This document shows, in pieces, positions 19,316-30,796 of a DNA stretch of 50,526 nt. The notes under the pieces are model-generated. The model ran no database searches. It worked only from the letters and a program-made list of their open reading frames with translations, and was not told the origin of the DNA. Within the stretch, counting starts at the first letter, position 1. Each line of letters begins with the position of its first letter. The position numbers and the translations under genes are program-made. Origin of the DNA: Armatimonadota bacterium (GTDB taxonomy: Bacteria; Sysuimicrobiota; Sysuimicrobiia; Sysuimicrobiales; Kaftiobacteriaceae); NCBI GenBank assembly GCA_037440005.1, contig JBBIUY010000021.1, positions 1-50,526 of the forward strand, in the 5' to 3' direction.

Positions 19316-20859
19316 GTGGACGCCGCGGGGACGCGCGTGCGGGTTGAGATCGGCGAGCGCCTGAGCATTCCGGACGTGGTGCGGGTCGCCCGGGAGGGGG
19401 CGGAGGTCACCCTCTCGGCCCGGGCGCGGGAAAAGGTGGAGCATTCCCGCGCCGTGGTGGACCGGCTGCTCCGGCAGGGGCGCGTCGTCTACGGGATCAC
19501 CACGGGCGTCGGCGACCTGGCCTCCGTCTCCATTTCCCCCGAGCAGGCCGCCCGCCTGCAGCTGAACGTGGTGCGCAGCCATGCCGCCGGCGTGGGGGAG
19601 CCGCTGCCCGAGGACGTGGTGCGCGCCATAATGCTCCTGCGCGCCCACACCCTGGCTCTGGGCTACTCGGGCGTCCGCCCCCAGATCGTGGACCTGCTGG
19701 TGGCGATGCTGAACCGGCGCGTCCACCCCGTCATCCCCTCCCAGGGCTCGGTGGGAGCCAGCGGCGACCTGGCCCCCCTGGCCCACCTGGCTCTGGCCCT
19801 GGCGGGAGAGGGGGAGGTGGTCGCGGACGGCCGCCGCCTGGCCAGCGGGGAGGCGCTGGCCCGGGCCGGGCTGCAGCCGGTGGCCCTGGCCGCCAAGGAG
19901 GGCGTGGCCCTCATCAACGGCACCCAGGGCATGACAGCCCTGCTCGCCCTCGCGGTCCACGACGCCCGGGCGCTGGCCACGGTGGCCGACATCAGCGGGG
20001 CCATGAGCTTTGAGGCCCTGCGGGGCCTGCCCGACGCCTTCGACCCGCTGCTGCAGCAGGTCCGTCCCCACCCGGGCCAGGCGGCCAGCGCCGCGAACCT
20101 GCGCCGGCTGATCGCCGGCAGCGAGATTCTGGCCCGGCCGCGGTCTGGGGCGAAGGTCCAGGACGCCTACAGTCTGCGGTGCATGCCCCAGGTCCACGGA
20201 GCGTCCCGGGACGCCATCGGCTACGCCGGCGGGGTGGTGGAGGTGGAGATGAACAGCGCCACCGACAACCCCCTGGTCTTTGCGGACGAGGACCGGGTGC
20301 TGTCCGGCGGCAACTTCCACGGCCAGCCGGTGGCGCTGGCCGCGGACCTGCTGGCCATCGCCGTCAGCGAGCTGGCCAGCATCAGCGAGCGCCGCATCGA
20401 GCGGCTGGTCAACCCCTACCTGTCGGGGCTGCCCGCCTTCCTGACATCCGACGGCGGCCTGCACTCGGGCCTGATGCTGGCCCAGTACACGGCCGCCGCC
20501 CTGGTGTCGGAGAACAAGGTCCTCTGCCACCCGGCCAGCGTGGACAGCATCCCCACCTCCGCCGGGCAGGAGGACCACGTGAGCATGGGCATGATCGCCG
20601 CCCGCAAAGCCGCCCGGGTCGTGGCGCACACGCGCCAGGTGCTGGCCATCGAGCTGGTGTGCGCGGCCCAGGCTCTGGAGTTTCACCGTCCGGCCCTGCC
20701 GGGAGCCGGGACCCGGGCCGCCTACGCCGCGGTGCGGGAGGTGGTCCCGCGGTTGGAGGAGGACCGGATCCTGGCGCCGGACCTGGCGGCCGCCGCCGCG
20801 CTCGTGCGCAGCGGCCGTCTGGTGGCGGCGGTGGCGGGCGCGGTGGGGGAGGTGCACTG

Positions 20860-20860
<1 letters not shown>
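19316..20860 (+). CDS. hutH: Histidine ammonia-lyase
   Basis: [18 protein letters not shown] (MIO), [22 protein letters not shown]. Confidence 0.95.
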
Positions 20861-22539
<1,679 letters not shown>

Positions 22540-22576
22540 GGACGCGTCCGAGTCTGCGCGCAGGGGGGAGACCGTC

Positions 22577-22930
22577 GTGTACGCGCTCAACTTCTACTCC
22601 GCCGTGTTTGCCGAGCAGCTGCGGGACGGCCGGAAGACGGCCACCATCCGCCTGGGGGACAAGAGGGACAAGTATCGCCCGGGGCAGATCGTGTGGCTCA
22701 CCGTGGGCCGCCGGTTCGGGACCCGCAAGAAGATTGCGGCGGCCATCGTGGACGCGGTGGAGGTGAAGGCCCTGCGGGATGTCACGCCGCGCGAGATCCA
22801 GCGCGACAACCCCGAGCTGCGCCGGCACGACGAGCTCATCGACTTCCTCACCAACATCTACGGGCGGGAGCGGCAGATCACGCTGGACGACACGGTGACG
22901 GTCATTCACTTCTCCCGGGTGGAGGAATAG
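22577..22930 (+). CDS. ASCH domain protein
   Basis: GRKTATIR matches the ASCH GxKxxTxR motif. Confidence 0.8.
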   Translation: MYALNFYSAVFAEQLRDGRKTATIRLGDKRDKYRPGQIVWLTVGRRFGTRKKIAAAIVDAVEVKALRDVTPREIQRDNPELRRHDELIDFLTNIYGRERQITLDDTVTVIHFSRVEE

Positions 22931-22949
22931 GCCCGCCGGATCCGCCGCG

Positions 22950-23715
22950 TCAGGAGGGGACCGCCAGGGAGATGGCGCGGCCGGTGTGGCCCGAAATCCC
23001 CCAGTCCCGCTCGGCGTCGGAGACCTCCACCGAGGCAAACCCCGCGGCCCGCAGAGCTCCGCGGACCTCGACGTCGGAGTAGCACCTCTGGAGAAGGGTG
23101 AGGTCGGTGCGCCGCCAGCGGCCCTGGTCCGGCTGGAACAGGGCCAGCCGCACGGTGCCCACCTGCGTGGCAGGGTCGAAGTGGGAGCGGGCGGCCAGGA
23201 CGTGGTCGTCGGCGATGATGCTGAACGACCCCCGCCACCGGACCCGGTAGCCCTCCTCGGTGTTCAGGTCGAAGAGAAACGTCCCCCCCGGCCGCAGCGC
23301 GCCGGCCACGTTGTGGAAGACCGTCTCCACGTCGCTGAGGTCCGGCAGGTGGTTGAGGCTGTCGTAGGTGGAGAGGACGGCGTCGAACACCGGCGGAGGA
23401 GCAAACCGGCGGACATCGACGCAGACGAACTGCGCTCCCGGCGCCAGTTGCCGGGCATAGCGCAGCAGCTCCCGGGAGCCGTCCGCGCCCGTGATCCGGT
23501 ACCCCCGGGCCTGCAGAAGGCTGGCCAGCAGCCCGTTCCCAGCACAGATCCAGGATCCGACCGCCGGCGGGGACGCGGGGGAGGACCAGACGTTCCAGGA
23601 CCGGCAGGATCCGGTGGGCGAACGCGTCCGGTCCGGAGGCCCAGTAGCGGTGGTAGAACCAGGCGAAGGGATCGTAGGCGGTCGCGGAAGACGCGTGGGC
23701 GTCAGGCATCGACAT
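22950..23715 (-). pseudogene. Class I SAM-dependent methyltransferase, frameshifted in motif I
   Basis: N-part AYDPFAWFY..RILDLC in one frame; LASLL..FDAVLSTYDSLNHL..LRPGGTFLFD in another; break near 23528-23543. Confidence 0.8.
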
Positions 23716-23769
23716 CCGCTTTTCTCCCGTCACCCGCGGGGCGCGCGGCCCCGCCTCCCCGTCCCGCGA

Positions 23770-23867
23770 CGACAATCGGGGTCTGACCCCAAATTCCGTG
23801 GGTGTCGCTCGATCGTGTGACGCTCATCTGCGGCAGCTCCCCCGACAATCGGGGTCTGACCCCAAAT
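23770..23867. repeat. Two identical 25-bp direct repeats CGACAATCGGGGTCTGACCCCAAAT with a palindromic core
   Basis: Copies at 23770-23794 and 23843-23867, separated by 48 nt. Confidence 0.9.
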
Positions 23868-23905
23868 GTCGTGTCGCGACCCGGCGGAGGCGCGCGCATG
23901 GATGG

Positions 23906-24508
23906 CTACGTCTCCTGGGCTCTCCCGCCGGCGGGGGAGGGCAGCAGGATGAACTCCGGGGGCACATGGCGGGCCAGGTAGATGGACGGCGCCGCCCGAT
24001 AGAACCGCACGCCGGCTTCATGGGCCCGCCGCGCCAGCACCGTCACCACCACGGCGTCAGGGCTGTGGCGCTGTCCCACCGCCAGCGCGTCCTGGCGCGT
24101 CACCGACAGGTGTACGAACTGGCGGGATTGGGGCTGCAGCCCCTGGGTGCGGATGGCGTTCAGGGCGGCCGGCGTCGTCCCGTGGTACAGCCATTCGGGC
24201 GGGACCACCGGCGGGCCGGGGGTCTCCACCGGCACGCTGTGTCCGTAGCGGGCCCGGATGCGCTCGCCGGACACCTCGTACCGGCGGGGGTCCGAGCGGG
24301 CCACCGCGCGGATGCTGTCCGCGGTCACCCACGACCAGCCGGGCTGGCGGGCCAGGGCCGCCGCCAGAGTCTCGATCTCCACGTAGCCGGAAGGGTCCAG
24401 GGTGACGCCCACGCTCTCCGGCCGGTGGCGGAGGACCAGGGCCAGGAACCGGCTCAGTCGTTCCGTGCGGTCGCCAGGTCGCGCCGCAGGTCTCCGTCCT
24501 CGGTCCAT
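23906..24508 (-). CDS. kptA: RNA 2'-phosphotransferase (Tpt1/KptA)
   Basis: LSRFLALVLRH, RIRARYGHS, LYHGT, RQFVHLS. Confidence 0.9.
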   Translation of the reverse strand: MDRGRRPAARPGDRTERLSRFLALVLRHRPESVGVTLDPSGYVEIETLAAALARQPGWSWVTADSIRAVARSDPRRYEVSGERIRARYGHSVPVETPGPPVVPPEWLYHGTTPAALNAIRTQGLQPQSRQFVHLSVTRQDALAVGQRHSPDAVVVTVLARRAHEAGVRFYRAAPSIYLARHVPPEFILLPSPAGGRAQET

Positions 24509-24750
24509 GGCGTCGCTCGCCGCCGGGAGAGCTCCGGGGCGCCGCGGTGAACAGACCCGCGGCCGGCGCCCCGCGCCGGCCGGTCGGACAGTGGGCGAGT
24601 TCGCGGACGCCCCGCGGGCCTCCTGCGACATCGGCGCCCGAGGAGGACGGCGGGAGCGCACAGAACATACCTACGGTCCGCGCCCGGTCCGCCATCGCCC
24701 GCGGCCCGGACCGCCGGAGAACGCGCCGCACGCGTCGGCGCAGACGGGCC

Positions 24751-25647
24751 ATGTCCAGGATCGTGGTCGAGTGCGTGCCCAACTTCAGCGAGGGACGTCG
24801 CCGCGACGTCATCGACGCCATCGCCGAGGAGGTCCGGCGGACGCCGGGCGTGCGCCTGCTGGACGTGCAGGCCGACGAGAGCCACAACCGCTGCGTCCTC
24901 TCCTTCGTGGGCGACCTGGCCGCGGTCTCCGCGGCCGTCCTGGCGGCCGCCCGGCGGGCGGTGGAGCTCATCGACATGCGGGTCCACCGGGGCGAGCACC
25001 CGCGCCTGGGGGCCGTGGACGTCATCCCCCTGGTGCCCATCGCCGGCGTGACCATGGACGAGTGCGTGGCCGCCGCGCGGGAGCTGGGCAGGCGCCTGTG
25101 GGAGGAGCTGCGCGTGCCCGTGTACTTTTACGCCGAGGCCGCCACCCGGCCGGAGCGGCGGCGGCTGCCGGACATCCGCAAGGGCGAGTTCGAGGGCCTG
25201 GCGGCCAAGATGGCCGACCCCGGGTGGGCGCCCGACGTGGGGGATCCCCGGCCGCACCCCACCGCGGGGGCCGTGGTGGTGGGAGCGCGCCGGCCGCTGA
25301 TCGCCTTCAACATCAACCTGACCACCGACGACGTGGAGGTGGCCAAACGCGTCGCCCGGGCCGTCCGGGAGAGCAGCGGGGGCCTGGTCAACGTCCAGGC
25401 CATGGGCGTGACCAGCGAGAGCGGCCGGGCCCAGGTGTCCATGAACCTGCTGGACCACACCCGCACGCCCCTGTACCGGGCCTTCGAACTGGTCCGCACC
25501 GAAGCCGCCCGGTACGGGGTGGAGGTGCAGGAGAGCGAGGTCGTGGGGCTGATTCCCCTGGATGCGGTGGCCGACGTGGCGCGGTTCTACCTGCGGCTGC
25601 GCGACTTCCGCCGCGACCAGATCCTGGAAGCGAAGCTGATGGAATGA
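24751..25647 (+). CDS. ftcD: Glutamate formimidoyltransferase
   Basis: ECVPNFSEGR, HNR, HRGEHPRLGAVDVIP, QVSMNL. Confidence 0.95.
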   Translation: MSRIVVECVPNFSEGRRRDVIDAIAEEVRRTPGVRLLDVQADESHNRCVLSFVGDLAAVSAAVLAAARRAVELIDMRVHRGEHPRLGAVDVIPLVPIAGVTMDECVAAARELGRRLWEELRVPVYFYAEAATRPERRRLPDIRKGEFEGLAAKMADPGWAPDVGDPRPHPTAGAVVVGARRPLIAFNINLTTDDVEVAKRVARAVRESSGGLVNVQAMGVTSESGRAQVSMNLLDHTRTPLYRAFELVRTEAARYGVEVQESEVVGLIPLDAVADVARFYLRLRDFRRDQILEAKLME

Positions 25648-25672
25648 GCGTCCGGCGGGACCCGGCCCTGGC

Positions 25673-26935
25673 ATGAAGATCGAGGCGGACCTGGTGGTGG
25701 TGCACGCGGCCCAGCTGCTGACCGTGGCCGGACCCAATCACGTCCCCCGCACCGGACAGGCTCTGGCGGATCCGGGGATCGTCCGCGACGGCGCGGTCGC
25801 CGCCGCCGAGGGAGTCGTGGTGGCCGTCGGGCCCACGGCCCAGGTGCTGGACGAGGTGGCGCCCGCCCCGGGCGCGGAGGTGATCGACGCCTCGGGCCGG
25901 GTGGTCCTGCCCGGATTCGTGGACCCGCACACCCACCTGATCTTCGCCGGCTCGCGGGAGGACGAGTTCGAGCTGCGCCTGCGGGGGGCCCGCTACCAGG
26001 ACATCCTGGCGGCGGGGGGCGGCATCCTGGCCACGGTGGCCGCCACCCGGGCCAGCAGCGAGGACCGGCTGGTGGACCTGGCCCGCCCGCGGGCCGACGG
26101 CATGCTGTCCCACGGAACCACCACGGCGGAGGTCAAAAGCGGCTACGGGCTGACGGTGGAGGACGAGCTGAAGTGCCTGCGGGCGATCCACCGCCTGTCG
26201 GCGTCCCACGACCTGGACCTGGTCCCCACCTTCCTGGGCGCCCACGCGGTCCCCCCCGAGTACGCCGGCGACCCCGACGGCTACGTGCGGCTGGTGACGG
26301 AGGAGATGATCCCGGCGGTGGTGGAGGAGGACCTGGCGGAGTTCTGCGACGTGTTCTGCGACGACGGGGCGTTTACGCCGGAGCAGGCGCGCCGGGTGCT
26401 GCGGGCGGGGGCGGACGCGGGGTTGCAGCCCAAGATCCACGCCGACGAGTTCGCCGACACCGGCGGCGCGCGTCTGGCGGCGGAGGAGGGGGCGATCTCC
26501 GCCGATCACCTGCTGCGGTCGTCCGACGACGGCCTGCGGGCCCTGGCGGCCGCGGGCACGGTGGCGGTGCTGTGCCCGACCACGGCGCTGGTCCTGGGGC
26601 TGCCCTACGCCCGGGCCCGGGCCATGGTGGACCTGGGCGTGGCGGTGGCGCTGGCGTCGGACTTCAACCCCGGGACCTCGCCCACCTACGCCATGCCGCT
26701 GGTGATCGCCCTGGCGTGCGCGGGGATGCGCCTGACGCCCGCGGAGGCCATCGTGGCCGCCACCATCAACGCCGCCCACGCCATCGGGATGGCCGACGAG
26801 GTGGGCAGCCTGGAACCGGGCAAGGCGGCGGACCTGGTGGTGGTGGACGCGCCCGACTACCGGCACCTCGCCATGCAGGCCGGGGTGCAGTTGATTCGCA
26901 CGGTCGTCAAGCGCGGCCGGGTGGTGCGCCGATGA
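25673..26935 (+). CDS. hutI: Imidazolonepropionase
   Basis: PGFVDPHTHLIFAG, EVKSGYGL, KIHADE, SDFNPG. Confidence 0.95.
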   Translation: MKIEADLVVVHAAQLLTVAGPNHVPRTGQALADPGIVRDGAVAAAEGVVVAVGPTAQVLDEVAPAPGAEVIDASGRVVLPGFVDPHTHLIFAGSREDEFELRLRGARYQDILAAGGGILATVAATRASSEDRLVDLARPRADGMLSHGTTTAEVKSGYGLTVEDELKCLRAIHRLSASHDLDLVPTFLGAHAVPPEYAGDPDGYVRLVTEEMIPAVVEEDLAEFCDVFCDDGAFTPEQARRVLRAGADAGLQPKIHADEFADTGGARLAAEEGAISADHLLRSSDDGLRALAAAGTVAVLCPTTALVLGLPYARARAMVDLGVAVALASDFNPGTSPTYAMPLVIALACAGMRLTPAEAIVAATINAAHAIGMADEVGSLEPGKAADLVVVDAPDYRHLAMQAGVQLIRTVVKRGRVVRR

Positions 26936-27636
26936 GGAGGCTGCCGGTGCGGGAGTTTCTGGACCGGCTGGCCTCGGCCGATCCCACCCCCGGCGGGGGA
27001 ACCGCGGCGGCGGTGGCGGGAGCGGCGGCCGCGGCGCTGCTGGGGATGGTGGCGCGGCTGTCGATCGGCAAGGGGGGCGACGACGCGGCCTTCGGCCAGG
27101 CCGCCGCGTCCGCCGACGCCGAGCGCGACGCCCTGCTGGACCTGGCCGAGCGGGACGCGGAGGCGTTCGACGCGGTGATCCGGGCCATGCGGCTGCCGCG
27201 GGGGGACCCGCAGGAGCGGGCGCGCCGCCAGGAGGAGATCCAGCGGGCGCTGCGGGAGGCCGCAGACGTCCCGCTGGAGGTGGCGACGCGGTGCGCGTCC
27301 CTGCTGGACCTGGCGGCGGGACTGGCGCGCACCGGGGCGCCGGCGGCCACGAGCGACGTGGGGGTGGCCGTGCTGCTGGCCTATGCCGCGGCCACCGGCG
27401 CCCTCTTCAACGTCCGGACCAACCTGGCCTCCCTGCGGGATCCCGCCTACGTGGCCCAGACCGCCGAGCAGGTCCGGGCGCTGCTGCAGCGGGCCGAGGT
27501 GGTGCGGGACGAGGCCCTGGCCGCCGTCGAGCAGCGGCTGGGGCCCGTGCCGGTTCCTCCGGCCCGGCCCGACCCGACGTCTCCTGCGGCGGGCGACCCT
27601 CCGGCGTCCGGCGGCCGCCCCGGGCGGCGGGGGTGA
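26932..27636 (+). CDS. Formimidoyltetrahydrofolate cyclodeaminase / cyclohydrolase family protein
   Basis: LASADPTPGGG, DAEAF, AADVPL, SDVGV, NVRTNL; ATGA overlap with hutI. Confidence 0.88.
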   Translation: MRRLPVREFLDRLASADPTPGGGTAAAVAGAAAAALLGMVARLSIGKGGDDAAFGQAAASADAERDALLDLAERDAEAFDAVIRAMRLPRGDPQERARRQEEIQRALREAADVPLEVATRCASLLDLAAGLARTGAPAATSDVGVAVLLAYAAATGALFNVRTNLASLRDPAYVAQTAEQVRALLQRAEVVRDEALAAVEQRLGPVPVPPARPDPTSPAAGDPPASGGRPGRRG

Positions 27637-27639
27637 GCG

Positions 27640-28611
27640 GTGGACGCGGGCGACCACATCGTGCTGGCGGGCATGCGCTTTTTCGGCTACCACGGGGTCC
27701 TTCCCGAGGAGCGCAGCCGGGGGCAGGAGTTCGTGGTGGACGTGGACCTGCAGGTGGACCTGCGGCCCGCCGGGGAAGCCGACGACCTCGCCGCCACCGT
27801 GGACTACCGCCGGGTCTACGACGTCGTCCGGGAAGTGGTGGAGGGGCCGCCGCGGCAGTTGCTGGAGGCGCTGGCCGAGGCGGTGGCCGCGCGCCTGCTG
27901 GGGCTGGCGCCGGTGCAGGCCGTCCGGGTGCGCGTGCGCAAGCCGTCGGTTCCCCTGCCCGGCCCCCTCGACCACGCCGCCGTCGAGATCGTCCGCCACA
28001 GGGGCCCTGACCCTCACCGCCCCCACGACGAACCCCCGGCTCCGGAGCCGGGACGGCGCGCCGGCGACCCCGCCGGATCCCCGCGGCCTTCTGACGCGCA
28101 CGATGCGGGTCCCCGGCATCGAATCACCGCCTCCGGCGTCTTCCTGGGCCTGGGGTCCAACCTGGGCGACCGGGTGCGGCTGGTGGAGCAGGCGCTGGCG
28201 GCTCTGGAGGGATCGGGTCGGGTGCGGGTGGTGCGCCGCTCGTCGCTGTACGAGACGGCTCCGGTGGGCAGGACCGACCAGCCCGCCTTTGTGAACATGG
28301 TGGCTCTGGTGGAGACCGACCTGCCTCCTGCCGACCTGCTGGCGCTGGCGCACGAGGTGGAGCGGTCGCTGGGCCGGGTGCGCGGGGAACGGTGGGGTCC
28401 GCGCCCCATCGACATCGACATCCTGCTGTACGGCGATGTGGTGGTGGACGCTCCGGGGCTGGTCATCCCGCACCCGGAGATCACCCGCCGGCGCTTTGTC
28501 CTGGAGCCGTTGCTGGAGATCGCCCCCCACGCCGCCCTGCCCGACGGCAGGCGGCTGGACCAGTTCGTTGCGCAGGTGCGCGACCAGGCTGTCCGCCGGC
28601 TGTCCCCATGA
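27640..28611 (+). CDS. folK: Fused dihydroneopterin aldolase / HPPK
   Basis: FolB part FFGYHGV..TVDY..LLEALAE; FolK part LGLGSNLGDR, WGPRPIDIDIL, IPHP. Confidence 0.92.
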   Translation: MDAGDHIVLAGMRFFGYHGVLPEERSRGQEFVVDVDLQVDLRPAGEADDLAATVDYRRVYDVVREVVEGPPRQLLEALAEAVAARLLGLAPVQAVRVRVRKPSVPLPGPLDHAAVEIVRHRGPDPHRPHDEPPAPEPGRRAGDPAGSPRPSDAHDAGPRHRITASGVFLGLGSNLGDRVRLVEQALAALEGSGRVRVVRRSSLYETAPVGRTDQPAFVNMVALVETDLPPADLLALAHEVERSLGRVRGERWGPRPIDIDILLYGDVVVDAPGLVIPHPEITRRRFVLEPLLEIAPHAALPDGRRLDQFVAQVRDQAVRRLSP

Positions 28612-29279
28612 CCGGGGACCGCCTGCTCTACCGGCCCGCCCGGGCGGCCCAGGAGCGCCTGCTGCCCGACGGGGCGCCGGTGGTGGCGGTGGAGGGGCCC
28701 ATCGGGGTGGGCAAGACCACCCTGGCCCGGCGCCTGGGAACCGCCTTAGGGGCGGTGGTGATCCTGGAGGTGGTGGAGGAGAACCCGTTTCTCGCCCGGT
28801 TCTACCAGGACATCCGGGCCGTGGCCTTCCAGACCCAGATCTTCTTCCTGCTCAGCCGCTACCGCCAGCAAGACGCCGTCCGTCAGGCCCGGGCCCGGGG
28901 TGAGCGGGTGGTGACCGACTACATCTTCGCCAAAGACCGGCTGTTCGCCCGGCTGACCCTGGACCCCCGGGAGCTGGACCTGTACGAGCAGCTGTATGCC
29001 GTCCTGGCCCCGCGCACCGTGACCCCCTCCCTGGTGGTGTACCTGACGGCGCGCCTGGAGACGCTGCTGGACCGCATCGCCCGCCGCGGCCGCCCCTTCG
29101 AGCGGGCGCTGCAGCCCGCGTACCTGGCGCGGCTGTGCCGGGCTTACGAGGAGTTCTTCGACGCCTACGACGACGCGCCGGTGCTGCGGGTGGACACGGA
29201 CCGGGTGGACATCTTCAACGAGGCGGACCTGGGCGAGATCCTGGGCTATGTGGCGCGGGCCGGGGTGCGGGTACAATGA
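28608..29279 (+). CDS. Deoxynucleoside kinase
   Basis: VEGPIGVGKTT, ENPFL..FY, FFLLSRY, RGRPFE. Confidence 0.9.
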   Translation: MTGDRLLYRPARAAQERLLPDGAPVVAVEGPIGVGKTTLARRLGTALGAVVILEVVEENPFLARFYQDIRAVAFQTQIFFLLSRYRQQDAVRQARARGERVVTDYIFAKDRLFARLTLDPRELDLYEQLYAVLAPRTVTPSLVVYLTARLETLLDRIARRGRPFERALQPAYLARLCRAYEEFFDAYDDAPVLRVDTDRVDIFNEADLGEILGYVARAGVRVQ

Positions 29280-29366
29280 GACCGCGCGGCGGTCCGGCCC
29301 GGGCGGGCCGGGCCGTCCCGGCACGGACGCGGTCCGACCGCGCGGCCGGCACGGGAGGAGGGGGCC

Positions 29367-30026
29367 GTGGCCTGGTTCGTGGCGGTGAGCGGCAACATCG
29401 GCGCGGGCAAGTCCACCCTGACCGCCGCCCTCAGCCGGCTGCTGGGCTGGCGGGCCTGCTACGAGGCGGTGGACGACAACCCCTACCTGCCGGACTTCTA
29501 CGCCGACATGCGGCGGTGGAGCTTCCCCCTGCAGGTGTACTTTCTCAGCCGGCGGTTTCAGCACCACCAGGAGATCGCCCGCTCTTCGGTGCCGGTGATC
29601 CAGGACCGGACCATCTACGAGGACGCGGAGATCTTCGCCCGCACCCTCTACCTCCAGGGCCTGATGGAGGAGCGGGACTTCCGCACCTACTACGACCTGT
29701 TCACCGCCATGGTGGGCCTGCTGCGTCCGCCGGACCTGATCCTGTACCTGCGGGCGTCGGTGCCGACGCTGCTGGAGCGCATCCGGCGCCGGGGCCGGGA
29801 GTACGAGCGGCGCATTCCTCCCGCCTACCTGGCCCAGCTCGACGAGCGGTACCGGGGGTGGGTGGGCCGCTTCACCCTGTGTCCCATCCTCACCGTGGAC
29901 GCCGACCGCCTCGACCTGGACCGCCTGGAGCCCCTGGCGGAGGAGGTCCGGTCCCGCCTGCAGGCCTCCGGGATGGCGCAGGCGGATCCGGATCCTGCAG
30001 GCCGGAGGGGAGCATGGCAGACCTGA
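29367..30026 (+). CDS. Deoxynucleoside kinase
   Basis: SGNIGAGKST, NPYLPDFY, QDRTIYED, RGREYE. Confidence 0.92.
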   Translation: MAWFVAVSGNIGAGKSTLTAALSRLLGWRACYEAVDDNPYLPDFYADMRRWSFPLQVYFLSRRFQHHQEIARSSVPVIQDRTIYEDAEIFARTLYLQGLMEERDFRTYYDLFTAMVGLLRPPDLILYLRASVPTLLERIRRRGREYERRIPPAYLAQLDERYRGWVGRFTLCPILTVDADRLDLDRLEPLAEEVRSRLQASGMAQADPDPAGRRGAWQT

Positions 30027-30796
30027 CCGCGGGCGCGCTGGCGGCGCGGCTGCGCACACGCGCGTTCGGACGCCCGCTGGTCGTCCTGGACCAGGTCGGG
30101 TCCACCAACGACCGGGCGCGGGAGCTGGCGGACGCCGGCGCGGGGGAGGGCACCACGGTCATCGCCCGGGTACAGACCGGCGGCCGGGGCCGGCACGGCC
30201 GCCGGTGGGTCTCCCCGGCCGGGGGGCTGTGGATGTCGGTGGTCCTGCGCCCGGGCCTTCCCGTGCCGCAGTGGCCGCTGGCGGGGTTTGCGGCGGCCCT
30301 GGCAGCCGCCGACGCCGTCCAGGAGGTGGCCGGGGTGTCCGCCGGCCTGAAGTGGCCCAACGACCTGGTGGTCGCCGGCCGCAAGCTGGGCGGCGTCCTG
30401 GTGGAGGCGGCCGGCTCCGCGGCCGTCGTCGGAGTGGGCGTCAACGCCGACATAGACCCGGACGCCCTGCCCGCCGACCTGCGGCGGACGGCCACGACCC
30501 TGCGGGCCCTCACCGGGACCGGGGTGGACCTGGCGGCGCTGGCCGCGCGGCTGCTGGAACACTTCGAGGAGTACTACGGCCTGCTGCACCAAGACCCCGC
30601 CGCCGTGGTGGCCGCTTGGCGCCGCCGGAGCGTCACCCTGGGCCAGCCGGTGCGGACCACCGGGGGGCGGGAGGTGGAGGGCGTGGCCGAGGACGTGGAC
30701 GGTACAGGCGCCCTGCTGGTCCGCACCGAGGCCGGACTGGTGCGGGTGGTGGCCGGCGAGGTGTCGCTGCGGCCCGCGCCGGAGGCGGGGGAGTGA
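30014..30796 (+). CDS. birA: Biotin--protein ligase lacking the N-terminal HTH
   Basis: STND, QTGGRGRHGRRW, KWPND, KLGGVL, GVGVN. Confidence 0.92.
   Translation: MADLTAGALAARLRTRAFGRPLVVLDQVGSTNDRARELADAGAGEGTTVIARVQTGGRGRHGRRWVSPAGGLWMSVVLRPGLPVPQWPLAGFAAALAAADAVQEVAGVSAGLKWPNDLVVAGRKLGGVLVEAAGSAAVVGVGVNADIDPDALPADLRRTATTLRALTGTGVDLAALAARLLEHFEEYYGLLHQDPAAVVAAWRRRSVTLGQPVRTTGGREVEGVAEDVDGTGALLVRTEAGLVRVVAGEVSLRPAPEAGE

Noticed and set aside
23770..23867. Mini-CRISPR (repeat-spacer-repeat)
   Set aside because: Only two copies, no cas genes or leader; the palindrome matches dispersed REP-like motifs
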